DNA from: Octopus sinensis
Taxonomy: Eukaryota
DNA length: 64,000 nt
NCBI RefSeq assembly: GCF_006345805.1
Contig: NC_043019.1
Coordinates: 7,935,360-7,999,359, forward strand
Reading direction: 5' to 3'
Position 1 is the first letter of the stretch. Each line of letters starts with the position of its first letter. The notes under the pieces were generated by a model, which was given only the letters and a program-made list of their open reading frames with translations, ran no database searches and was not told where the DNA came from. Positions 26,502-39,370 of this stretch are shown piece after piece. The translations under genes and the position numbers were made by a program.

Positions 26502-27122
26502 CACTACATATGTGGGAAATTCTGTCTGTGAGTGTGTTTGTAGAGTTGTTAGCTAAAACCTCCTACATCGTTTTATCGATCTTGATGAAGCTTGATACAT
26601 GAGTAGAACTCATGCCTGCAAACCTCATGGCTAGGTTAGGTTTTGAAAAAAATCGATAACAGGCATTCTTATATATAACGAATATATCATATTTCAACAT
26701 CCAAGGGAAATAACACAGTCATTTCCTAAATTATTTGGTATAAATCAAATTGTGTATGGTTATTTCTTAGTATTTGAAATGTTAGAGTTATTTTCACAAT
26801 TTACCTAGTACAACCCTGAAACAGGTAAATAGTATCTTCAATAAATAATAGATCCACTTATTTCGGTTAGTGACTTATTCACGAACGTACCAACACTAAC
26901 GCCGCTGAGTGTAATATTATCAGGGTACGCACAAAAACCTTTTTTCAGAGTTATTTACTTTGATTTGTTATTATGTCAGATAAGTCTGTTATTAGGAAAC
27001 ATGCTTCACGATTTTAGTATACATAGCTTATTAGTATTTCCCCCATGTTCTATATACTCTGGGAACGCATTAAAGCCCTTTTCGGGGCAACGTTATTTGA
27101 ATTCTTACCATCGGGTAACTAG
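26488..27122 (+). mobile_element. Probable non-autonomous Helitron
   Basis: Emerges from (TA)n; 5' part TGTGAGTGT...CTCCTACAT resembles the 5' part of the 59086-59602 element; ends TTACC-ATCG-GGTAA hairpin then CTAG|T at 27119-27123. Confidence 0.4.
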
Positions 27123-27199
27123 TTTCAAGTTATGACATAACTGACTTCGCAATTTGGGTCTTGACCGAAGGGGTTCTCAGCTCAGCAAATATATAATAT

Positions 27200-27282
<83 letters not shown>

Positions 27283-28145
27283 ATAGATATTATATATATA
27301 TATACATATATATTATATATATACATATATATATATATATACACACACACTATATATATAGATATATTTATATATCTATATTTATCTATATATATGTCTA
27401 TGTGCGTTTGTGTATATATATATATATATGTATATATATGTATATATATGAATGTATATTTTTAAGCATAAAATTGAATCTATATAGACGCATTTACATA
27501 GATTCACACACACCCACACACGCGCGCGTGTAGATACACATACACATACTCCTACACCTCAACATTGCAATAACTCGACATAGAAACAATACGTTGGACA
27601 TTGAGAGAGAGAGAGAGAGAATTGCGCATTCTGTGATGAAACGCCATTGAAACGTGTCACTACTGGCTGCAACCTGTTTGTCTTTGTCAGAAAATATTGT
27701 ATAAAGAATGGAGTTGTTTACATCTCTCGATAGACACAGATTTATCTATAATATCTCCATACATTAGACGCTGCAAAATATGACTGAGGGTGTGTCTGTG
27801 GTTGTATTTACATTTGTATATGTCTCGTATCTCAATGTATATATATATATTATATATATATAATTATATATATATATAGATATAATATATATTTATATAT
27901 ATAATATATATATAGAGGTATATGTATATATGTATATATATATATATAATGCATATATACATATATATATATTTATATATATATATATGTATAATTATAA
28001 TATATATGTATATATATATATATATAAATATATACATATATATATATACATATATATATATACATACATATAATATATATATATATATGTATATATATAA
28101 TATATGCATATATATGGATGGATAAATTATTTTAATTATTATTAT

Positions 28146-28175
28146 TAGTAGTAGTAGTAGTAGTAGTAGTAATAA

Positions 28176-28215
<40 letters not shown>

Positions 28216-28226
28216 AGTAGTAGTAA

Positions 28227-28265
<39 letters not shown>

Positions 28266-28271
28266 CAGTAG
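28146..28271. repeat. (TAG)n microsatellite
   Basis: Direct reading. Confidence 0.95.
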
Positions 28272-28895
28272 TTGTATTATAGCAGACGCAGTAATAATAT
28301 TACTAGTAGTTGTGTTGGTGGTGGTGGTGGATGTGGTGGTGGTTTTTGCTGCTGTTGTTGTTGTCTTTGCTATGTGTCTGTAAATCGGATTAGTTCGCAA
28401 TAGTTAAACGCTCTGCGCGCCACCACAGGTTTATAAACGCACAGACATTGTAGATTAGACCAGCTTTTAATACGAGTATCTGTTACGAACTTTGCTTTCT
28501 TTGGAACGAAAGCAACTATTTATATATCTATCTATGTAGAAATATTTACGAGTGAAATCTGTATGAAATTTGCTATGTCTTGTGAGAGCTGTTATACCAA
28601 CAACAACGACACACGCACAGGTTCAATTTCACTTCGTTGTTGTGAATGAGTTGCCTAAATATTCAACCAACTAACTAATCGATCCTTTGTTTAATGTGCT
28701 GATTAAACAATCAGTAAGTCTCTTCTTAGTCAATGTTTCTTTATTGCTGTTGTAACCTTTTCGGGGATTCAGGGATTTCCCCTTTCTTTCGAATGTCTGC
28801 TTTGACTCTGTTGGTTTAATGTGTGCGTATGTATGTTTCCGTGTGTGTGTGTAGATGGGATTTCCGGGATTAAGGAATATCTATATATATATATA

Positions 28896-29302
28896 TTTTA
28901 CTTGTTTCAGTCATTTGACTGTGGCCATGCTGGAGCACCGCCTTTACTCGAGCAAATCGACCCCAGGACTTATTCTTTGTAAGCCCGGTACTTATTCTAT
29001 CGGTCTCTTTTGCCGAACCGCTAAGTGACGGGGACGTAAACACACCAGCATCGGTTGTCAAGTAATGCTAGGGGGACAAACACAGACACACAAACACATA
29101 CACATACACATACACATACATACATATATATACATATATACGACAGGGTTCTTTCAGTTTCCGTCTACCAAATCCACTCACAAAGCATTGGTCGGCCCGG
29201 GGCTATAGCAGAAGATACTTGCCCAAGATGCCACGCAGTGGGACTGAACCCGGAACATATGGTTGGTTAGCAAGCTCTTACCACACAGCCACTCCTGCAC
29301 CT
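28896..29302 (-). mobile_element. Well-preserved OR-like CORE-SINE
   Basis: On the minus strand: AGGTGCAGGAGTGGCTGTGTGGTAAG (A-box-like), GGTTCAGTCCC (B-box-like), TTGGGCAAGTATCTTCT core, internal (TA/TG) tract, tail CAGTCAAATGACTGAAACAAGTAAAA. Confidence 0.9.
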
Positions 29303-29308
29303 GTATGT

Positions 29309-29355
<47 letters not shown>

Positions 29356-30441
29356 ATATATAATTCTTATACAAGAATGTTGCTGACAGTGACCTCGAAT
29401 TCCCGGCCAGCTAAGTCATCGTGGACGATGATGGCTTAGCTGATCGAGACTCCGAAGCCGCTGGCAAAAAAATAGTTGTTTAAGATTACTGTAAAACTGC
29501 TTTTATAACAGAATGTAAAAACCAGCATTCGTATACACACGTGGGTGTGTGGGTGTGTGGGTGTATTCAGAGAAAGAGAGAGGGGGGAACGTGAGAGGGA
29601 AGAGAATGAGAGTGAGAGAGAGAGGGGGGGGGAGAAAGATGAGGATGGTGACAAATGGAGAAAGTTTAAAAGACGATATACAAATATAAAGTAATTAAGA
29701 TCGGTCTTTGTGTAAATGCACATTGGCTGATAGAGTTTTAAAATGGAAATGAAAGAGGTTTAGAATACGTAGCGGCTTGTTGATATGTATTCGATAGATA
29801 TTCGGAATATTGTATGTAGCTAGCTCCGGGAACCAAAGACCGTTGTAGGTATAGGGTAAAAAAAAAATAGTAGAAAGCGTAAATATTATATCTGACTGTC
29901 TGTCTATATGTCCAAATATATCTATGTATATATGTATCTTTTCTGCTGCTTTTATTTTTTGAATTTTCCTGAAAGGCAAGAGCTGGTGTCTAACAGAGAT
30001 ATAAATTCCATCGCTTGAATATAAATAATCAAAACAACTTCATATTTTGAATTTGAGACAAGTTGCGCATATTTTTACTTTTCCGATTAAACATTGCAAT
30101 TGTAATGTCCTCGTTAACTGGTTGAATTTTTTCTGATAAATCTCAGCACTTTTCACCTCGTCACAGGCAAGACCTCGTGTACCGATAGCTCTTAGTATAA
30201 ATCTCAATTTATGTATAACACACAACGTCCTTAGTCATAGCCAGAGAATTATACAACATTGATTGAATAAAAGAGAGTTGGTTAAAAGAAATCTAATCAA
30301 CAAATACCAACAATTGCCCGGTATAGAATTATTAGTTCTACGTCACGTAGTCGGACATTGTTTATTTGCATAGCTTATACTTAAGCGAGGAGAACCGCTA
30401 AATATTGAATATGATTTGGGAAATATATTAAAAGTTTATTT

Positions 30442-30594
30442 ATCAGCATCATCATCATGATCATCATCATCGTTATCGTTATAATCACACCCCCAATTCT
30501 TCTCTTCTTCTTCTTCTTCTTCTTCTCATTATTATTGTTATCATTATTGTTGTTGTTGGTATTATCATTATTATCATCATCATCATCATCATCA

Positions 30595-30638
<44 letters not shown>

Positions 30639-30732
30639 ATTATTATTATTATTAATATTATTATTATCATTATTATTATTATTATCATTATTATTGTTAT
30701 TATTATTACTATTATTATTATTATTATTATTA

Positions 30733-30781
<49 letters not shown>

Positions 30782-30792
30782 CAGCATCATCA
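30442..30792. repeat. (TCA)/(TTC)/(TTA)n compound trinucleotide array
   Basis: Direct reading; source of the poly-L and poly-I pseudo-ORFs. Confidence 0.95.
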
Positions 30793-31002
30793 CGTTTCTC
30801 TACCGTTTTATTGGTTAGCAGGCCATTGTGTGTACACTTTTGGCTTATCTTATATTTAGTTGTGTGATTTTGTGCGAATTATACCATTGAAGCCTCAAAA
30901 GATGCTGCCTTTTTGATGTCTGAGTATTTATGTAGAAAATGTACTTTAGAATTCAAAAATCTATTCTATATGTTTATACGTTTATATATTTATATGTATA
31001 AG

Positions 31003-31042
<40 letters not shown>

Positions 31043-31555
31043 TAGATGAATAGATAAGCACACAAACACTCATGAGTCAATTTGATTGTAGGTATAAACA
31101 CGCGGATACGCAGTCGTACAAATCACAGGAGCATTCACACTCATACACATTGAAATACGGAATCGACACGTACATATATACACACTAAACATGATTTGGA
31201 AGTACGGTTCCAACGGTGAAAGCTTGTGTAGAAAGTAAAAAAAAAACATAAACACACTCACACGTTTATGAAAAGTTCAGCAGTCTAACTGAATGTGTTT
31301 GAGGAAGGAAAATTTGTGCATGCGCCAATGTGTCTTTATGCGAGATCACGGTGGTAGGTGTGGTGGGGCGTAATTGATAGGTACATAAACAGATACACGT
31401 ATACATACATTCACATACACACAAAAAGGCAAGCACCTGCATATACGTGTATGTATGTGCGTGTGTGTTTTGCGTATGTATATGTATACATGTAATCATA
31501 TACATACATACTATATACATATATGTACATGCATATAGATATGTATATATATATA

Positions 31556-31606
<51 letters not shown>

Positions 31607-31902
31607 GCATATATATATGTGGGTATATCTATCTATTCATCAATATATCTATCTATCTATCTATCTACCTACCTACACACCTACCTATGTATGTATTTAT
31701 GTATGTATGCATGCGTGAGTGTATGTGTGTGTATGCGCGTGTGTGTATCTTACAGAGGGGAACACAAAAAGAAATAACAATACAGGTCCTACCCAGAACA
31801 GACCACCACCACTCTCCTTTACTACTGCTTAATCGTATGTATGTAGGTATGCATGTATGCATGTATATACGTGTATATATATGCATGTATCTAATGTACA
31901 CG

Positions 31903-31936
<34 letters not shown>

Positions 31937-32927
31937 GTGTTGTGTGTGTGTGTGTGTGTGCGTGCGTGTGTGCGTGTATGTGTATATATACATTACTTCA
32001 AATATACACATCCCACAGACACGCAGATGAATAAATACGTCTATACATACATGCGTAGAAATACATTTATACACACATACATATATTTATATCTGTGTGA
32101 TGGTGTTGGTGGTGGTGGTGGTGGTGGTGGTGTGGGGGGTAACATGCCAACAACTGAAAACTCGAATACACATCAGACAAGATCAAGATTATATTGAAGT
32201 AGAAACTACACATCTGGATAATACCGTATAACAACAACAACAACATAATGAAAACTGCATTGATCTGAGATGAGAAACAAAGACGAGAGAGGACAATGGA
32301 AAGACACAGAAAGCATCAACATGCTTCGGCATGATGATATAATTGAATTGACAATTGAAAGACAGCTATTTGCAGACGCTACTGTAGAAGTTGTTACTTT
32401 TTCTCGTGCGATGTTGGCATCAGGTATTCAAGAATTCAGGTATTTAGCCGCCGGCTTTCATGACGCACAGTCATTCGAAAGAATCGCTTTGTTTTTAGGG
32501 TTTGTTTTGCAGACACTACTTACGTAGGAATATGTGTGTATATTCGTGTATCAATGAATGCTATTAATACACACACAAACACACAGACACACAGACACAC
32601 ACACACACGCGCACACACAGACACACAGACACACAAACACACACACACACACATGTACGTACATATGTGTGTGTATTGGTGCGTATGTGTATTGCATATA
32701 TATACGTATATGCATATGTGTATATATAGTATATTAAAATATGGATATAAGTGAGTGCATGCGTGTATATATATAAGTGAGTGTATACTGGTTTATACGT
32801 TTTACTATATCATTCCATACACACACCTGTATATACATAAAGTATAAATAGGTATATATATATAATTATATATATATATACATGTCTATATATCGACATA
32901 TATATGTGCTTATGTGTGTGCGTAATG

Positions 32928-33010
<83 letters not shown>

Positions 33011-33415
33011 ACAGATAGATAGATAGATAGATAGATATACATATATATAGATATATATATACCTTTATATAACCAAAGTCAAATACGTATTAATGTGCAT
33101 ATAGGTGCAACGGGTGTACGTGTTTCTGTACATGTTTGCAGTTCTGTGTGAGTCTAACATCAGTTTTTTTTTCCTCATTTGAAAATAACCCAATACATGA
33201 ACACATGCGTACTTATACATCGATGTATAAGTACGCAGGCAAAGCAGAGTTATAACAGAGTAATTTCCCTTCATTTTTAACGGTATTTTTTCATAACGTT
33301 TTCAAATAGCCAGATAACCGAAGAGATGGTGTTGTGATTTCCACTTCGGCATCTGAAACTCAGAGTTTTATCTTGACTACCGAGTAATGTAACATATTGT
33401 ATATATATATATATA

Positions 33416-33464
<49 letters not shown>

Positions 33465-33949
33465 GATATTATATTATATATATATTATATATATAGATAA
33501 TATATAATTATATATGTGTGTGGTGTGTGTGTGTGTGTGTATCTACATAGACATTTGAGTGTATATATGTGTTTGTGCATTTAGGTGCTTGTTAGTGAAT
33601 GTCTGTACGAGTTCGTTGATTTGAACCTACCGATATATAATGTGTCCGTATGCCTTGAGCGTAAGGAAGCAGGAACCATGAGAGAAAGAGAGAGAGAGAG
33701 GCGGAAGGAGAAAGACAGATAGAAAGAGAGGGAGAAAAAGAGAGAATCAGGGAATGAGAGAGCGGGAGTATGTGAGATATTAGAAGAAAAAGACAGAGAA
33801 TGGAAGAGAGACAAAGAGAGCCAAAGAGAGAAAGTGGGTGAGAGAGTAAATAAGGGACAGATATGAAGCGTTGGAGTCAAGGTCATAGGCCTTGAAGATG
33901 CACATTTCTCCGTTGACACACTGACTGCAGTCAAATATATAACACAAAT

Positions 33950-34120
33950 ATATAGCACTAGTCGACTGCATCGATCCCAGTGATTTTTCACTGCTGCTTA
34001 ATTTATTAACCCCGAAGGGATAAAAGGCAAATTCGACCTCGGCAGAATTTGAACTCAGATGGTCGAAATACAGCTAAGCATTTAAACCGGCGTGCCAATG
34101 ATTCCGCCAGCTTGCCGTCT
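33950..34120 (-). mobile_element. OK-like SINE copy
   Basis: AAAGGCAAATTCGACCTCGGCAGAATTTGAACTCAGA...GATTCCGCCAGCTTGCCG. Confidence 0.8.
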
Positions 34121-34424
34121 TCTCTTTTCTGCTATCACCCAAGATGAGATTTTGCGGAAATAATTTTGAGGGGTGTTGTACAACTATATGGAGCCATCAG
34201 GGATTTTAAAATGCATCATCATTTAACGTTGGGTCTACACAAACTAGACATTAATTTGTAAAACATCCAAAGTGGCCGTTAAAATATTTAATTACAAAAT
34301 ATGGCAATACCATCTATCTGTTCGACAGAAATTATGCTTTACGAAAAAGGTTACTCACCATTATTTAGTGGATAACGAGGATGTTGTACGCCAGTACTTA
34401 TCGCTTTTTTATTTTGTTTGTTTT

Positions 34425-34755
34425 TAAGACTGGTACTTCTTCTATCGGTCTATATTGGGCAATATATATGTCACAGGGACGCAACTACACCAACACAGCT
34501 TGTCAAGCGGTGGTGGTGGAACAAACACACACACACAAAAATAATAAATCAATATATATATATATATATAAAGAGAGAGAGAGAGAGATTGACAAATATA
34601 GTTATATGCCACTGGCTTCTTCCAGTTTCCGCCCATAAAATTGACTCACAAGGCTTTGGTAGAAGGCACTTACCCAAGGTGCAACTCGGTGGGATAGAAC
34701 GCGAAACCATGTGATTGGGAAGCCTGCTTCTTATCCCACAGTCACTCCTGCACCT
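34425..34755 (-). mobile_element. OR-like CORE-SINE, degenerate
   Basis: AGAAGGCACTTACCCAAGGTGC...GGGATAGAACGCGAAACCATGTG...CACAGTCACTCCTGCACC. Confidence 0.7.
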
Positions 34756-35177
34756 GTAGTGTAAAACCAGTACGTCGGGTGCCTTCATATAATACGCGCC
34801 GGCCACCACATCAGACTATCCCATTTTAGGAGCAACTAAACCGAATGATTGCTCTGCGAAGCACGGTTTACCCGTAGAGAAAAAGTTGATAGAAAAGATG
34901 TTGATGGCTATGATTATGTTAAATGGAATAAATATTTCAAGGAATTTCTCAAAGAATTCTCCTTAAATATAAACAACAGAAAAGACTAAGTCTGAGATAT
35001 GTCAAATCCGAATGTATCAGAGTTCCATACATTGATTGATATAATGTCTCATAATGTCAACTTTCTCCTATTTAGAATAGCTCCGATGAAAGCAGAATAA
35101 TTTACGTTAAGTACTCATACACACACAAACACACACACACGCACACAGAATATCTGTTATATTATATATATATATAT

Positions 35178-35401
35178 GCTTTCAAAATGTGACCCCGTGT
35201 GTACCGTTGGCGATTTGTTTTCCTTTGCTTTCCCTTCTCTGGATCTTTCCTTCTTCTATGTTTCCGACGAAGAGCTCCGCTCGAAACGTTAAACCCTCCT
35301 TCTTTCCTTCTTTCCTGAGCGTCCAATAATACTTATTTGTTCCACGTCCTCGCGTTGTTGTGTCTTTTTGTTTTTTTTGTGTGTTTCTTGTTTGGATTAA
35401 C

Positions 35402-35403
<2 letters not shown>
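35178..35403 (+). mobile_element. ~225-bp non-coding element with hammerhead-like motif, flanked by (TA)n
   Basis: GTTT-CCGACGA-A-GAGC-TCC-GCTC-GAAA-CG-TT-AAAC at 35260-35294; shares downstream TTTCCTGAGCG with 51370-51580. Confidence 0.7.
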
Positions 35404-35471
<68 letters not shown>

Positions 35472-35566
35472 ATATATATATAGATATGCACATGTTTGCG
35501 CGCGCGCAGGTGTGTGTGGTAGGTGTTGTATGTGTACACATGAATGGTAATATACGTGTGTCTGTG

Positions 35567-35599
<33 letters not shown>

Positions 35600-35761
35600 T
35601 TATAAATATATTTAGGTGTTCGTGAATCTGCACAGTGGAGTGTTGCGCGTGTGAAAAGATTTGAGTTTTTAATAAAACAGTTTTATTAGTTTTCCTTGTA
35701 GTTTTCAATCCCGGGTGATCCGTTTACATTAAAAGAAAGAAAAATGCCGAGAAAGACAGAG

Positions 35762-35807
<46 letters not shown>

Positions 35808-36259
35808 GAGGGAGAGAATAGATAAAATGGTTGAGACCGAAAAACATCAACTGTTTCCTGTCGTGGCACCAGGCCAACGCGTGAATCAAAATCTGTGTAC
35901 ATATTTTCCTCTAATCATCCACCGAGGCGTATGACGTCTAACAAACGCTTTCTGTGTCGTTGAATCAAAGAAGCAGCCGACATTGTTATAAAAACGCAGC
36001 ATTCACGTCAGATTAACGAGAATCTTGTTTTCGAATCAATATTCTCAGAGATTTTAAAACTAATCAGTTGAATATGCGTATACAAACATTCTCTCATACT
36101 AATCCGTCTCGATGCAAATAGTATTTAAGGTTATCCTGGAGCATAGTATCAACGAAATGATACAGATTTGTTATCCAAGCCTACGCGATTTTAATGAAAC
36201 AGGTCTCTATATTTCTTTTACACTTGGATATGCAAACAACAACAGAAACAAATGTAAAA

Positions 36260-36403
36260 CAAGACAAGTAACATTATTCACTTGAGACAGATATATATCC
36301 TCATCTTGTTTGTTGTGAACACAAGGTTTCGGCTGATATACCCTCCAGCTTTCATCAGGTGTCTTGGGAAATTTCAAACCTGGGTTCTCATTTCTAAAGT
36401 ACC
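36260..36403 (-). mobile_element. Penelope-like terminal repeat fragment with type-I hammerhead motif
   Basis: Minus 36362-36319: ACAC-CTGATGA-A-AGCTG-GAGGGTATAT-CAGCC-GAAA-CC-TT-GTGT; same family as 21746-21825. Confidence 0.7.
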
Positions 36404-36465
36404 TATATATGCACATATATATATATATATATATATATGTACATATATGTATATATATAATATAT

Positions 36466-36520
<55 letters not shown>

Positions 36521-36548
36521 TATATGTATGTATATATATATATATATT

Positions 36549-36579
<31 letters not shown>

Positions 36580-36608
36580 GCATATATTTTTTTATTTATA
36601 TTATTATA

Positions 36609-36665
<57 letters not shown>

Positions 36666-36668
36666 TAT

Positions 36669-36865
36669 GTAGGTCCCGGGTTGAGTCGGGGTTAACCACA
36701 GTAAATAGGTACTCAATACATAGCAGAGTAAATTAATTTATTTTATAGAAGGATCTTCTACAGGACTAGAACTGTTTCATTCAAATGAAATCATCAGGAA
36801 GCTTCCTGATGATTTCATTTGAATGAAACAGTTCTAGTCCTGTAGAAGCTCCTTCTATAAAATAA
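36669..36865. repeat. Element ending in a 128-bp palindrome (36738-36865, one mismatch; perfect 94-bp core 36755-36848)
   Basis: Checked base by base around the centre AAG|CTT (36801/36802); right arm contains CTGATGA-TTTCATTTGAAT-GAAACAGTT. Confidence 0.95.
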
Positions 36866-36906
36866 TTATATTATATATATATATATATATATATTGTATT
36901 ATATTA

Positions 36907-36953
<47 letters not shown>

Positions 36954-36955
<2 letters not shown>

Positions 36956-37058
36956 AGGTCCCGGGTTGAGTCGGGGTTAACCACAGTAAGTAAGGTACTC
37001 AATACATAGCAGAGTAAATTAATTTATTTTATAGAAGGAGCTCCTTCTATAAAATAAA
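36954..37058. repeat. Tandem second copy of the 36669 element with the palindrome reduced to 36 bp (37023-37058)
   Basis: Same GTAGGTCCCGGGTTGAGTCGGGGTTAACCACAGTAA start; ends TTTATTTTATAGAAGGAG|CTCCTTCTATAAAATAAA. Confidence 0.9.
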
Positions 37059-37060
37059 AA

Positions 37061-37122
<62 letters not shown>

Positions 37123-37129
37123 TATATGT

Positions 37130-37255
37130 GAAGGCACGTATCCTAGTGATTAGGCTGACGTACTCACGATCGTTAGACCGTGGGTTCGTTTTTTTTCTAA
37201 CTGAGTGAGGCGTTGTGTTCTTGAGCAGAATAATTCATCTTACATTGCTCCTGTC
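37130..37255 (+). mobile_element. tRNA-headed CORE-like SINE head (third family)
   Basis: GAAGGCACGTATCCTAGTGATTAGG...GTGGGTTCG...GCGTTGTGTTCTTGAGCAG...TTACATTGCTCC. Confidence 0.55.
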
Positions 37256-37786
37256 TCTTACAACCTAAAGATATATGCCTTCGTATTGCAACACGTCTTG
37301 TATTTTCAGAGGACATCGAAGCTGAACCAGTTCGGTTATCGTTTAGTCCTCACTGATCTAAATATCAGATGTTTTACCAGCAAGAAGACATTTCGTACAA
37401 AGTTTATCAATAAAACGATGATCTGTAGTTACATGTTTATGTGCAATGGAAGGAGGAATAAAACTGCTTTAGACAGAAAAAAGCCGCACTAAATTCAGCT
37501 AGAATTCAATAAATAAAAAGTACAACCCGGATATGTTATTAATTTTTCACTCTCTAGTTTATCACTTTCCTTTATAAAGCTTTAACAACAACGCTGTTAT
37601 CTTGTTTTTATTGTTTCCCTTCCTCTCTTGGTCGCTCCATCTCGCTTTCATTTTCCTCTTCTTGTGGTCTTCTTTTTTTATTAATTGTTTGCCTGTTTGT
37701 TTGTTCAATTTATTTATTTCAAATAATATAGTAATAAATAGTGGATGGCATATACAGAAACATGTGTGTTTGTGTGTGTGTGTCTT

Positions 37787-37841
<55 letters not shown>

Positions 37842-37915
37842 CGGACACAAGAACACACATGTATACATATATATATACACATGCACAGAGATAAATTATA
37901 AATACATACATACAT

Positions 37916-37959
<44 letters not shown>

Positions 37960-38689
37960 TTGGTACATATATATCATATAATATGTATATATGTATGTGT
38001 GTGTGTTTGTGTCTGTCTGTTGAGATCACGTGTCAATGTTATCGTTTGCACAAAAATTTTCCCGGAAATGGGCCAATCTCTAAGGAAAGTGTCATAAAAT
38101 CCGAATAAAATAGCAATTAATGTTTCATTAACAAAGGCAAATGAATTATTAATCACTAATGTGTAACACGCTAGACCTAATTCAGACCAGGACAATACAA
38201 AATGGCGTATTTTTTTTTTTTTATATTTCTCACTATTAACATATATCAATGTGAAATCTCCTCCACAAAGAGATTTAAGCAAGGATGGCTTTATTTATTC
38301 AGCACAGACCATTTATAGGCAGCTATTGTTTGCACTAAACATAACAGTGACCGCTTTTGTAATACACAAAAATATAATCAATAACAACTCAGCTTTTCCT
38401 TCCGTCCCTAATACTATAAATTAATTAGGGCCATTAATGAACATATATTTCGGATATTCTATTCAAATGATGTCTATATTCCTCCTCTTCTTGATCTTCA
38501 TTTTGATCTATGACAACTTTTTATTCATTTATTTATAACTAGTAACCAGAGATTTCAAGGGCAATTTATACAATGTTTCAGCTAGACAGGCCAGAAGTAG
38601 TGAATAATCTTAACTTTCCTTAAATCGCCATTTTAAATAAAGAAGGATACTTTCTATAAATATACTGGCTTCAGTTCCTGCAATATTTT

Positions 38690-39370
38690 TCATTGAAAAA
38701 CCTATTTGTAGGAACTGGAACACCTTTCACCCTTTGTCAGCTTGAATAGCATTTCCATGGGACTAACCCACAGTCACTATCTTGCATTAACGGTTACGAC
38801 ATAATCAAACACAACAATAACCTGGTAACCTGCTTGTCTACAACTAACAAACATCGTTATGCCATCTGCACTTAGTTGCCATCTATTTGCCAGCATATAC
38901 TTTACATAACAAGCATCCAAGCATGCAATTGAAAGCTGTGTTTGCAGCTAGAGTTCTCTGACACCCATAGACGCAAGAATAATGTTAGTCCTTTTTTTCC
39001 CCTTACATCGTAGTCAATCGCACCACAGCCCTGTAAGTTCATATTTCACTTAGGATCATAAAATATGGATCAACGTCGATATGGCAACCTTTTCGAGTGT
39101 AAATAAGAAGTAAAATGTATTATCGATCTAATGGGGGCTATTCATATTACGCTAGATGACTCGTTCACTTGCTGCTACAACACTGTTGATGAGCCGATGG
39201 CTAACACTATTCTATGTAACTGACGGAAGCGGTCCTGCTCCACACCAAGTAGAGACCTTTCATATAATAATACGATCCATGTAACGTTTCACACAGACCG
39301 TCAGAGAATCAAACATTACTTGAATCTCTCACTCTTCCTGTAAGTTTTCACCAACTTAGCAAAAGTTAGT
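38690..39370 (-). mobile_element. Probable decayed interspersed repeat (LINE 5' region-like)
   Basis: Resembles, from memory only, a common octopus repeat; no second copy or ORF motif in the window. Confidence 0.25.

Noticed and set aside
32270-32527. 85-aa non-repetitive ORF (MRNKDERGQWKD...)
   Set aside because: No domain similarity I can recognise and no splice context; plausible by chance.
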